A stretch of DNA of 32,927 bases from Nanobdellati archaeon (GTDB taxonomy: Archaea > Nanobdellota > Nanobdellia > Woesearchaeales > JAADFO01). The notes under the pieces are model-generated. The model made no database searches. It had not been told where the DNA came from and worked only from the letters and a program-made list of their open reading frames with translations. Positions within the stretch are counted from its first letter, which is position 1, and each line of letters starts with the position of its first letter. The position numbers and the translations under genes were made by a program. Shown here one piece after another: positions 24,637 through 32,927 of this stretch. The stretch is taken from contig JAADFO010000042.1 of assembly GCA_013152815.1 (NCBI GenBank), positions 1-32,927 on the forward strand, written 5' to 3'.

Positions 24637-25935
24637 TCATGGCCCCATCCGGAGCATGGTCCGGGGGAAAGGTATGGCATCCTTGATGTTGTCCAGGCCG
24701 CAGATCCACTTGATGACCCGTTCCAGGCCGACTCCGTAGCCAGAGTGGGGAACAGAGCCGTATCTCCTGAGGTCGAAGTAGAACTGGTAGGGTGAAAGGT
24801 CGACCTCACCGTCTGCCTTGAGCCGCAGAGACATGTCTTTGATGTCGAGGCTGCGCTGGCTGCCGCCGACGATCTCTCCACCTCCCTTCGGAGCGAGCAT
24901 GTCAAAGCACAACGCTTCGTCAGGCTGGTCAGGGTCGGCAGGCTTGTAGAATGCCATGATCTTGGTCGGGTAGTGAGTGACGACCACAGGAGTATCGAAG
25001 TGCTCCATGAGCTTGTCCTCTTCGACGGTCCGCAGGTCCTTTCCGAAGGGCACGTTTATGCCTGCTTTCTCCTGCAGTATCTTGAGGGCCTCCCGGTACT
25101 TGATGGTCGGCCAGGGAGTTTCTGCAATCTTGCGGAGCGCTTCGGGGTCCTGACCGAGGAACTGAAGTTCCTCGCTTCGTTTCTCGATGACCTTGCTGAT
25201 GCAGTATTTGATCTCTCTCTTGGCGAATTCCGAGATAGCAGGGAGATCCATCCAGGCAGCCTCCATCTCCACCATCCAAAACTCGGAGAGATGCCTCGAG
25301 GTCTTTGACTTCTCGGCCCGGAACGTCGGCCCGGTGTTGTAGCATCTCTCCAGGGCGAAGATCGCCGCCTCTCCGTAGAGCTGCCAGGTCTGGGCAAGGT
25401 AGGTCTTCCGGTCATAGTACTTGACCTCGAAGACCGTGCTGCCTCCCTCGCTCTGCATGGGCTGGAGGATGGGCGAGTCGAAACGGTAGAACCCTTCCTT
25501 CTCGAAGAAAGCTTCCCTGGCCTGGACATAGGTCGAGCGTATCTTGAGGATGGCCGTCATCTTCCTGCTCCTCAGCCAGAGGTGCCGGTTGTCCAAAAGG
25601 AATTCAGGGGACTGGTCTTTGGTGATGGGAAAGGTGTCAGAATAGCCGACGGTCTTCAGGGTCTCCACCTGGATCTCATAGCCCGTCGGAGCCCGTTCAT
25701 CTTTCTTGATCTCACCGATGATCTCCACCGATGCTTCTACCTGGAGTTTCTTGGCCTCCTCAAAATCCTTGTGGTCTGCGCCGAGGACGCATTGGATGAT
25801 GTTGGAGCTGTCACGGATGATGATGAACCGTACCTTGTTCGAGCCTCGCTCTCGCCAGACCCAACCTCTCACAGCTACCTTTCCCTTGCCCTTGTCCATG
25901 GCAGCCTGTATCGATTGGTATTCCATCCTGGCCAT
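24637..25935 (-). CDS. asnS: Asparaginyl-tRNA synthetase (archaeal-type)
   Basis: OB anticodon domain (VRGWV...FIIIRD), LLDNRHLWLRS, FRAEKSKTSRHLSEFWMVEME (motif 2), EIVGGSQR, YGSVPHSGYGVGLER (motif 3). Confidence 0.92.
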   Translation of the reverse strand: MARMEYQSIQAAMDKGKGKVAVRGWVWRERGSNKVRFIIIRDSSNIIQCVLGADHKDFEEAKKLQVEASVEIIGEIKKDERAPTGYEIQVETLKTVGYSDTFPITKDQSPEFLLDNRHLWLRSRKMTAILKIRSTYVQAREAFFEKEGFYRFDSPILQPMQSEGGSTVFEVKYYDRKTYLAQTWQLYGEAAIFALERCYNTGPTFRAEKSKTSRHLSEFWMVEMEAAWMDLPAISEFAKREIKYCISKVIEKRSEELQFLGQDPEALRKIAETPWPTIKYREALKILQEKAGINVPFGKDLRTVEEDKLMEHFDTPVVVTHYPTKIMAFYKPADPDQPDEALCFDMLAPKGGGEIVGGSQRSLDIKDMSLRLKADGEVDLSPYQFYFDLRRYGSVPHSGYGVGLERVIKWICGLDNIKDAIPFPRTMLRMGP

Positions 25936-25981
25936 CAGTTAACGACGGTGCGTATTTAAATGTTTGGGGCCGGAATGGCCC

Positions 25982-26920
25982 CTAGATGACAATATGTTTT
26001 CCAGGCACTCTCGGGAAGAGGGTCACCTCTTCGATGTGGCTGCTGCCGGTCACCCAACGCAGGAGCCGTTCTACACCGAAGCCGCCGCCCGAGGTCCGGG
26101 GTATCTTCCCCTGCCTGACGAGTTCCAGGTATGCCCCATAGGGTTCTCTGTCCATCTTCCGCTCATCCATCTTACGGATCACTTCGTCATAGACATATTC
26201 CCGTTCCCCTCCTGACAGTGCCTCGCCGAACCCTTCCGGATAGATGAGGTCATAGTTGTGGTAATAGCCTCGTCTTTTCTCGTCTTCCCGGTCGTAGAAC
26301 TCCCGGGTATGGTCGAGGACCCAGAACGGTTCGCTGGAAGCTTTCGACAGGATGCCCTCCCATCCCTCACCGTACTTTCTCAGAAGCTCCTTCGACTCAT
26401 AGACCTTGAAAGGCCGTGTCGGTGTCGTGAGCTTCCGCCTGAAATAGGCAAGCTCGTCAGGACAGGTATGCTTCAGGCCGGCTATCATCTTCACGTAGAG
26501 CTCTTCAGTAAGGTCCATGAATGCCCGCTTGTCCTTCCCTTTCATTTCGATGTCGACCTGGGAGAACTCTATGAGATGCCTCCCCGAATCCTTGCAGTCT
26601 TCGCTCTCCAGCCGTACGTTGGGTGAGACGATGAAGACAGCGTCAACACCCTTGCCCATGAGCATGATGAACTTATGGAGGATCATGCTCTTGGTCAGCC
26701 GGAGCGTCTGGGAACCGTATTGTATGGCAGCCTCAGAGACCTCATGGTTCAACGGGTCGGTGAAGGGCGCGAGCATGACTGGCATGGCCTGCAGGATCCC
26801 TTTCTCTTCCATGAAATCTGAGATCGATTTCAGGAGAGTGCTCTGTATCTTCAGGAGGTGTCTGGTCCTCGCTGATTCGAATTTTTGTATGATCTGTTGT
26901 GTCTGTTGCGTTCGTTGCAC
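25982..26920 (-). CDS. AsnRS-like asparagine synthetase A (archaeal AS-AR), no anticodon-binding domain
   Basis: TDPLNH, LTKSMILHK, SPNVRLE, GRHLIEFSQVDIE, NYDLIYPEGFGEALSGGERE, GGGFGVERL. GTG at 26920 has an AGGTGA SD (alternative start 26929). Confidence 0.88.
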   Translation of the reverse strand: MQRTQQTQQIIQKFESARTRHLLKIQSTLLKSISDFMEEKGILQAMPVMLAPFTDPLNHEVSEAAIQYGSQTLRLTKSMILHKFIMLMGKGVDAVFIVSPNVRLESEDCKDSGRHLIEFSQVDIEMKGKDKRAFMDLTEELYVKMIAGLKHTCPDELAYFRRKLTTPTRPFKVYESKELLRKYGEGWEGILSKASSEPFWVLDHTREFYDREDEKRRGYYHNYDLIYPEGFGEALSGGEREYVYDEVIRKMDERKMDREPYGAYLELVRQGKIPRTSGGGFGVERLLRWVTGSSHIEEVTLFPRVPGKHIVI

Positions 26921-27150
26921 GATAATCACCTTGTACCTTGTGGAGCAGATTGCTATGTGTTGACCGTATATCGACAGAAAAGAAAGGCATCTAGAAGGAA
27001 CGATTACCGTCTTGGGCCGCTTTTGGGATGTACATGGGTATCAGACGATAAGGAAGCAGGACGAGTATATTAAGATATTCCAAGAAAGATGAAAAGATAT
27101 GCAAGAATATGCATAAAATATATAAGTTATGGGATGCTTATTCCATAATT

Positions 27151-27600
27151 ATGATTACTCTCGACGATAAAGACAGGAAAATTCTTGAGCTTCTCCGTAA
27201 GAACTCCCGGCTCTCCACCCAGGCCATATCGAAGAAGACCATCATCCCCATAACGACCGTGCATAACCGTCTGAAGAAGCTCAGGAAGACAGGGGTGATC
27301 AGACGATGGACCATAGAGGTGGATGAGGAGAAGCTCGGGAGGCCCATCGCGGCCCACATCCTCGTGACCGTCGAATATCCGAAAGCCAGGAAGCCAAAGG
27401 ACTTCCAGGAATCCATAGCAAGGCGGCTCAAAGGATACGATGAGGTGCAAGGGGTCAACATCATCGCCGGCAAAAGTGACATCATGGTCTTCCTCAGGGC
27501 ATCCTCGATGAAAGCGTTGAACGACTTCATCCTCGAGAAGCTCCGCACCATAGAGGGTGTCGACAAGACCGAGACCATGGTCGTCATGCAGGAGTTCTGA
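27151..27600 (+). CDS. Lrp/AsnC-family transcriptional regulator
   Basis: LDDKDRKILELLRKNSRLS...TVHNRLKKLRKTGVI HTH, RAM domain (IIAGKSDI, IEGVDKTET); divergent from AS-AR. Confidence 0.92.
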   Translation: MITLDDKDRKILELLRKNSRLSTQAISKKTIIPITTVHNRLKKLRKTGVIRRWTIEVDEEKLGRPIAAHILVTVEYPKARKPKDFQESIARRLKGYDEVQGVNIIAGKSDIMVFLRASSMKALNDFILEKLRTIEGVDKTETMVVMQEF

Positions 27601-27643
27601 AGAATCGACACCCATAAAAGGGGAATTGTCTTCGCTCTCTGTT

Positions 27644-28261
27644 ATGGACCTCAAACAGATAGTGCTCAGTGCGATAGACGAAGGGAAGTACCGCTCTTTG
27701 AACAATGCGTGGTATGCCTCCCCCATGAAAGATACCAACTATTCTTTCTGTGAGATTGAGGATACCCTGCATTATGACACGTTCCAGGACCTGCTCAAAG
27801 AGTTCTCAGCTTCAGAGATAGCTTTTCGGGTCAATTTTTATCAACATGAAGGGAACGGTCGATTCCGGCCAGGATGGAAGAAATATCATCTTACTGAGAC
27901 CGTCGAAGAAAAGGGGATGCTGGTTGTACGCCGAAAAGCAGAGATACCCGAACTGCAGCTCCAAAGGATTGCGGATGCTGCGGAGGAGGACGCGCCCAAA
28001 GGATTCATCGAACTGTATGGAGCGACAGATGATATGCTCTCTGCCCGGCCAGACAGGAGCATCGACTGGGTCAACCTGCTCATCCTCAAAGCGAAGAAGA
28101 CACCGCAGGGGGTCGTCATCTATGATATCAAGATGAGAGACAACATGCTGGACCGCTTCACCTGGAAGGCGCCCGCGATATGGTTGGGGCCAGATACCAG
28201 ATATAGTGCCATCCTCGACCAGGAGCGATTCTTTTACCGAAACGTCGGGAAAAGGACGTGA
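27644..28261 (+). CDS. Hypothetical protein (~205 aa)
   Basis: ATG at 27644 avoids overlap with the Lrp gene; protein-like composition; no motif recognised. Confidence 0.65.
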   Translation: MDLKQIVLSAIDEGKYRSLNNAWYASPMKDTNYSFCEIEDTLHYDTFQDLLKEFSASEIAFRVNFYQHEGNGRFRPGWKKYHLTETVEEKGMLVVRRKAEIPELQLQRIADAAEEDAPKGFIELYGATDDMLSARPDRSIDWVNLLILKAKKTPQGVVIYDIKMRDNMLDRFTWKAPAIWLGPDTRYSAILDQERFFYRNVGKRT

Positions 28262-28474
28262 AAGATATTTAACGCAGGTTTGGGTTCGCTTCCCCGCATA
28301 GATGCAAAAGGAAATCCCATAGCACATACTTCTTATGAACGTCCGATCATCATCGATAAGAACGGCGTCTGTACAGCAATCGATGCGAATGACTGTAATC
28401 AAGAAGTCTGAATCCTTACTGAAAACTCGTTTTCATATGTCTCCTATGCCTTATTTTGTTATATGTAGCTTCTT

Positions 28475-29368
28475 TCAAATATAAGAATTAAACGATGGAC
28501 CTTTCGGTCTTTGTGGATCTTCACGCAGAAGATATTTAATTTGATGTTCTTCCTTCAGCTTATTGATGAGCGTAGGATGTTTATTGACAAGTGAAGTCAA
28601 CATCATTAGATGTTGATCCAGCAAAGAGATATCCACCCTGTGGTGCAGTATTGATTCCCACTGAAGTATCCTCAAGGGTTCATAATAGTCTCCTAATTCC
28701 TCCTTGAACGAATCCAGCACATAATATGGCCTAGAGAATGATTTGAGGGAGCTATCTGTCCATTCGATGTCTGCACAAAATCCTTCATGTAAGTCATAGA
28801 TGTTATCCGTCTTTTCCAGTACCAGTGCAAGCGCGTGTTTTTCAGTCCCTAGTTCTTTTATGTTTTCAATCATTGCTTGTGTGCTAAGATGGAGATCATC
28901 GAAACGTCCAGTGTCTGAACTCGGGAGTCGGTCTTTAATCAGGGGTCTGGTCAACAGAGCAGCAGCTTCATTGGTTCCTTTCCAAGCATCACCCATATGT
29001 GTAAGATAGAAGTCATATAGTATAGAGTCATAATGTAATCCATCTTCTATAAAATCATGATGGAGCAGATATTTCACAATTTCTGGATCAATATCCTTCT
29101 TTCCTAAAAGCTCTTGTTGTATCCAAGAATAGAGGTGGACTGATGAGAGCGGATGTGTATAGCTGTGGTGATTTGAAAATACTCTTTCAGAGTTTCCAAA
29201 TTTCATTATGTTAAGGAGGATGAGTGGTGCATTGCTTTCGCCCAAGATATCTTCAGAAAACTGATAGACAGAACCGTAGTTGCCTGCTTGGATCTCACGG
29301 ATAAGCGCATCATCATGATCTCTTTTCTGTTCCAGGTGGTTGCGTAAGAGCAGGTATTCTAGCTTCAT
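28475..29368 (-). CDS. HD-domain protein, RelA/SpoT hydrolase (Mesh1/SAH)-like
   Basis: SYTHPLSS, LLHHDFIED, LLTR and EKTDNIYDL occur in the order of the Mesh1 motifs YxxHP, LLHDxxED, xT and KxADxxxN; AT-rich. Confidence 0.55.
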   Translation of the reverse strand: MKLEYLLLRNHLEQKRDHDDALIREIQAGNYGSVYQFSEDILGESNAPLILLNIMKFGNSERVFSNHHSYTHPLSSVHLYSWIQQELLGKKDIDPEIVKYLLHHDFIEDGLHYDSILYDFYLTHMGDAWKGTNEAAALLTRPLIKDRLPSSDTGRFDDLHLSTQAMIENIKELGTEKHALALVLEKTDNIYDLHEGFCADIEWTDSSLKSFSRPYYVLDSFKEELGDYYEPLRILQWESILHHRVDISLLDQHLMMLTSLVNKHPTLINKLKEEHQIKYLLREDPQRPKGPSFNSYI

Positions 29369-29422
29369 GTAAATGACACTCCATCTACCCTCCTTTTTCT
29401 TAGAATCCTATGAATATGAATA

Positions 29423-31177
29423 TTACTTCTTTTTGATATGCAGCTCTTCCAGCTGCCTGTCATCGACGACGTTGGGGGCGTCGTCCATCAGAGAGACGCA
29501 GGCCTTGTTCTTCGGGAAGGCGATGACTTCACGGATGGATTCCTCGCCAGACATCAAAGCGACAATCCTGTCCAAACCAAAAGCTATGCCGCCGTGGGGC
29601 GGAGCGCCGTAGCGGAACGCTTCCAGGAGGAAGCCGAACTTCTGCTTTGCCTCCTTGTCTGAGATGCCCATCGCCGTGAACATCTTCTGCTGCAGCTCTT
29701 TCTTGTTTATCCTGATGGAACCCCCTCCGAGCTCGACGCCGTTCAGGGTCAGGTCATAGGCCCGTGACCTGATCTTTCCCGGATCGGTCTCGAGATATTC
29801 CAAATCATCATCGTAGGGTGCGGTGAAAGGATGATGGACAGAGATGTGCCGTTTCTCATCCTCGTCATATTCAAAGAGCGGGAATTCGGTAATCCAGGCA
29901 AATTTCCAATCGCCTTCTTTTGCAAGCTTAAGCTTCTTTGCGAGGGCGAGCCGCACCTGGCCGAGGGCCACCTGAGCAAGGTGATGCTTTGCATCCCCGA
30001 CGAACAGCAGGAGATCGCCTTTCTTGACGTCCAGCTCTTTGATGAGTGCTTTCTGCACATCCTCACCGATGAATTTTGAGATGCCGCCCTCGAAACCGTC
30101 CTTGTTCGGCATGTACGCGAGGCCCTTCGCGTCATAGATCTTCGCGACCTCTTCAAGCTTCTCGATCTCTTTCCTCGAGAATCCAGCACAGCCCTTTGCA
30201 TTGATGGCGTAGACTTTTCCACCATTATCGACGGTCCCTTTGAAGACCTTGAAGTCTGATCTCTGGACAAGGGAGGAGACGTCATGCAGCTCAAGGCCGA
30301 AACGCAGGTCTGGCTTGTCAGAGCCGTAGGAAGACATGGCCTCCCGGTAGGGGATACGGCGGAAGGGAATCTTGACCTGGACATCCAGGACATCCTTCCA
30401 GAGCTTCTGCATCATGCCTTCCATGATGGTGTAGATGTCCTCTTCCTCGACAAAGCTCAGCTCGATGTCGATCTGGGTGAACTCCGGCTGCCGGTCTGCC
30501 CGCAGGTCCTCATCACGGAAGCACTTGACGATCTGATAGTATCTATCGAAGCCAGAGACCATGAGAAGCTGCTTGAATATCTGGGGTGATTGGGGAAGGG
30601 CGAAGAACTTTCCGGGATGTATCCTGCTCGGCACGAGGTAATCCCTCGCTCCCTCGGGTGTGGACCGGGCCAGCACAGGAGTCTCGACATCGACAAAACC
30701 GAGTGCATCGAGATAGGAACGGACAGCCCGGACGATGGCATGCCGCCGCAGGATGTTTTCCTGCATGGGCTTCCGCCGAAGGTCGAGGTAACGGTACTTC
30801 AATCGTGTGTCTTCAAAGGCAGTGGTCTCATCGGTCATCTCGACAGGAAGCGCGTCAGAGGACGCCAGGATGGTGCAGGTCTGGACAGATACTTCGATCT
30901 GGCCGGTACTCCTCTCCTTATTCTCAAGGCCTTTTCCACGTGCTCGCACATCTCCCTTGGCCTGCAGGACGAATTCCCGTTCTGCCTGCTCAGCCACAAC
31001 ATAGGCCGCTTTGGCTGCTGAGGAATCGAAGACCAGCTGGGTGATGCCGTAGCGGTCACGGAGGTCGATGAAGATGATGCCTCCATGGGTGCGTTTCGCA
31101 TTGACCCAACCGGAGAGGATGACCTTCTTTCCGATGGCCTTCCTGTCCAGTTCTCCGCAGGTATGTGTCCGTAGCAT
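29423..31177 (-). CDS. aspS: Aspartyl-tRNA synthetase, bacterial-type with GAD insertion domain
   Basis: MLRTHTCGEL, HGGIIFIDLRD, RLKYRYLDLRR, STPEGARDYLVPSR, CFRDEDLRADRQPEFTQID, YGSDKPDLRF, GAPPHGGIAFGLDR; 584 aa. Confidence 0.95.
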   Translation of the reverse strand: MLRTHTCGELDRKAIGKKVILSGWVNAKRTHGGIIFIDLRDRYGITQLVFDSSAAKAAYVVAEQAEREFVLQAKGDVRARGKGLENKERSTGQIEVSVQTCTILASSDALPVEMTDETTAFEDTRLKYRYLDLRRKPMQENILRRHAIVRAVRSYLDALGFVDVETPVLARSTPEGARDYLVPSRIHPGKFFALPQSPQIFKQLLMVSGFDRYYQIVKCFRDEDLRADRQPEFTQIDIELSFVEEEDIYTIMEGMMQKLWKDVLDVQVKIPFRRIPYREAMSSYGSDKPDLRFGLELHDVSSLVQRSDFKVFKGTVDNGGKVYAINAKGCAGFSRKEIEKLEEVAKIYDAKGLAYMPNKDGFEGGISKFIGEDVQKALIKELDVKKGDLLLFVGDAKHHLAQVALGQVRLALAKKLKLAKEGDWKFAWITEFPLFEYDEDEKRHISVHHPFTAPYDDDLEYLETDPGKIRSRAYDLTLNGVELGGGSIRINKKELQQKMFTAMGISDKEAKQKFGFLLEAFRYGAPPHGGIAFGLDRIVALMSGEESIREVIAFPKNKACVSLMDDAPNVVDDRQLEELHIKKK

Positions 31178-31312
31178 GATGGGTCCTGAAAACCCATTCT
31201 TGTTTATAAAGCTTCATATATCTTTTATAAAAGAAAGTGTATGGAAAGCGCACATGATGCATAGGAAGGCATTACCCAAGAATGCATAGGAAGACATAGG
31301 AAGGTCGTCGGA

Positions 31313-32854
31313 TCATCGGTTCCTGAGGGCTTTCTTGATATCACGAAGCGCATCCCTCACTTCAGGTTCCTGCCAGACAGAATAACGCTGGCCATTCCAG
31401 AAAGCCTTTGCCCTTTTCTTAAGACGAGAGAAGAACCCCTGTCTCGGTAGAGGGGATACTCTTTCTTCCAACGAAGAATCCCCTGCTGCTTCTGGGCTGT
31501 TGCGTCCATAGACCGCGCTGCCATCGCTATCTGCTTCAGCCGGGGAGTATCCGATGTTCTGTGATTGGAGCTTTCGTCGTTTTCGCGTCAGGGTCTCTTT
31601 GAGCCGTTGTCGATAGAAACGGTTGCGCCTGTCGATGGTACGCTGGCGGAAGTCAGGCTCGCCCTGCAGGGGCATGAGCAGCATGCGCTCAGACAGATTG
31701 GTCTTCTTGGCATAGAACTTCACCATCCTTTCGAAAAGTCCGGGCGCAGTCTCCACCTCGACCCGGTCCAATATCTGGGACGTGATAAGATCAGGGTCAT
31801 AGGAAGGGGAGGATCGGCAAGCATCGTCGGAGATGATGGTAAGCTTTCTGTCGCGGTTGAGATGGACCCGCTCGAGGGTCCTGCCCTGACCGGTGAAGAA
31901 GGGCATCTTGACACCGACGGTGACATGGTAGTCACTGTCCTGCTCCTTGCCAAGCCGGACAGCCGTCCCATCGTTGACCACAAGACTGGGGAGATAGGAG
32001 ATGGCGATCGGGACCGGATGGACGAAATAGTCCTCGAGGAGGATGGTCTTCTTCAGGGGGTTTATGTCCAACTGGGTGCGAAGCACCTCATCATCCCGGA
32101 AGGAGTGGAACGGTGGATGGGGACCATGAGAATGGGCCATGGCTGCACGCCGCTGCTTATGATGCCGGAGGATCTCGAAGAGGTAAGGGTCCCTGCCGTG
32201 GGTAGAATAGACGCTGGAAGGGCTTGCTTTCTGACCATAGGTTATGTGGACATCGCTCACCAGGGAAAGAGCAGGATCACGTTCAGAGGATGCTCTGTCA
32301 GAGACCAGGTCGAAGCGTATCTCTGACTTGTATCCCAGGAGCTCGTTGACACGTCTCGTGCCATAGATGAGCTTCTCCAGCGCAGGGAACGACATCCTGA
32401 GTCCTTTGAACGCATCATCCACTCTGTCCACGCTGCTGGCAGCAGAGGAAGACGTGGCAAGGACCGTCTTCTCCAGGAGTTCCCTGTTGAGGAGCTTCGC
32501 GCTCTTCCGTGCGATGCTCTGGCGGACCGATGCGTATTCTGCTGAATGGTTGAAATGGTCCCAGAAGGTCCTGCTGTCGAAATGCTCATAATCATAACGG
32601 TCAGGATGATGAGTAGGATGATGAGCAGGATAACGATCAGACGGTTCCATGGTCGTTGCCGATCCCTCGGAAAGAAGGTCATGAAGAGCAGGAGCGCCAT
32701 CGACAGAAGAAGGAGCTTCTTTGCCGATGACGTCAGCAAGCCCTGCAGCGAGCCGGTCCGGGAGGGAAACATCTGCAGAGGGACGGTTGCCCTGGTTTCG
32801 GGAATTCCCTTGATTGCCCTGATCGTAGAATGCAGAGGGGTTGTCGTCTTCCAT
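31313..32854 (-). CDS. Hypothetical protein (513 aa) with low-complexity N- and C-terminal regions
   Basis: Longest ORF in the interval; no recognisable motif. Confidence 0.6.
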   Translation of the reverse strand: MEDDNPSAFYDQGNQGNSRNQGNRPSADVSLPDRLAAGLADVIGKEAPSSVDGAPALHDLLSEGSATTMEPSDRYPAHHPTHHPDRYDYEHFDSRTFWDHFNHSAEYASVRQSIARKSAKLLNRELLEKTVLATSSSAASSVDRVDDAFKGLRMSFPALEKLIYGTRRVNELLGYKSEIRFDLVSDRASSERDPALSLVSDVHITYGQKASPSSVYSTHGRDPYLFEILRHHKQRRAAMAHSHGPHPPFHSFRDDEVLRTQLDINPLKKTILLEDYFVHPVPIAISYLPSLVVNDGTAVRLGKEQDSDYHVTVGVKMPFFTGQGRTLERVHLNRDRKLTIISDDACRSSPSYDPDLITSQILDRVEVETAPGLFERMVKFYAKKTNLSERMLLMPLQGEPDFRQRTIDRRNRFYRQRLKETLTRKRRKLQSQNIGYSPAEADSDGSAVYGRNSPEAAGDSSLEERVSPLPRQGFFSRLKKRAKAFWNGQRYSVWQEPEVRDALRDIKKALRNR

Positions 32855-32927
32855 GGTATCCGCCGGTAGCGAGTGTTGCTTCTTTTCGGGATGTGCTTTT
32901 CACGATGATGATCGCTTCAGGACAAGC

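Noticed and set aside
28262..28474. Possible PIN-like gene remnant on the minus strand (…DSDFLI…DAVLIDDDR…)
   Set aside because: Similarity is too short and has no proper start; cannot be supported without a search.

Overview
Archaeal chromosomal segment, most consistent with a DPANN (Woesearchaeota/Nanoarchaeota-like) genome. This is inferred from TATA-type promoters, oapABC/arvABC, archaeal YchF, HerA-Mre11, archaeal-type AsnRS plus AsnRS-like asparagine synthetase, and a CCA-less tRNA-Thr(UGU). An AT-rich left end (1-~2270) carries an ABC permease and an S-layer-like protein. It is followed by a PRTase-fold protein, adk, a secreted lytic transglycosylase and a class III ribonucleotide reductase locus. 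There NrdD lacks its Zn-binding cysteines, its glycyl-radical loop is on a separate 60-aa ORF, and two NrdR-box-like sites flank the promoter. The centre holds ychF, oapABC, an MCM-like ATPase without the usual N-terminal domain, three tandem ~22-bp repeats, an HTH/PIN/PD-(D/E)XK trio and herA-mre11 without rad50/nurA. Two small ORFs missed by the ORF track also lie here. The right part has a HAM1 pyrophosphatase with an altered signature, an Asn module (asnS, AS-AR, divergent Lrp/AsnC), a Mesh1-like HD protein and a bacterial-type AspRS. No CRISPR array, rRNA or transposase was seen. All assignments come from reading motifs by eye; no searches were run.
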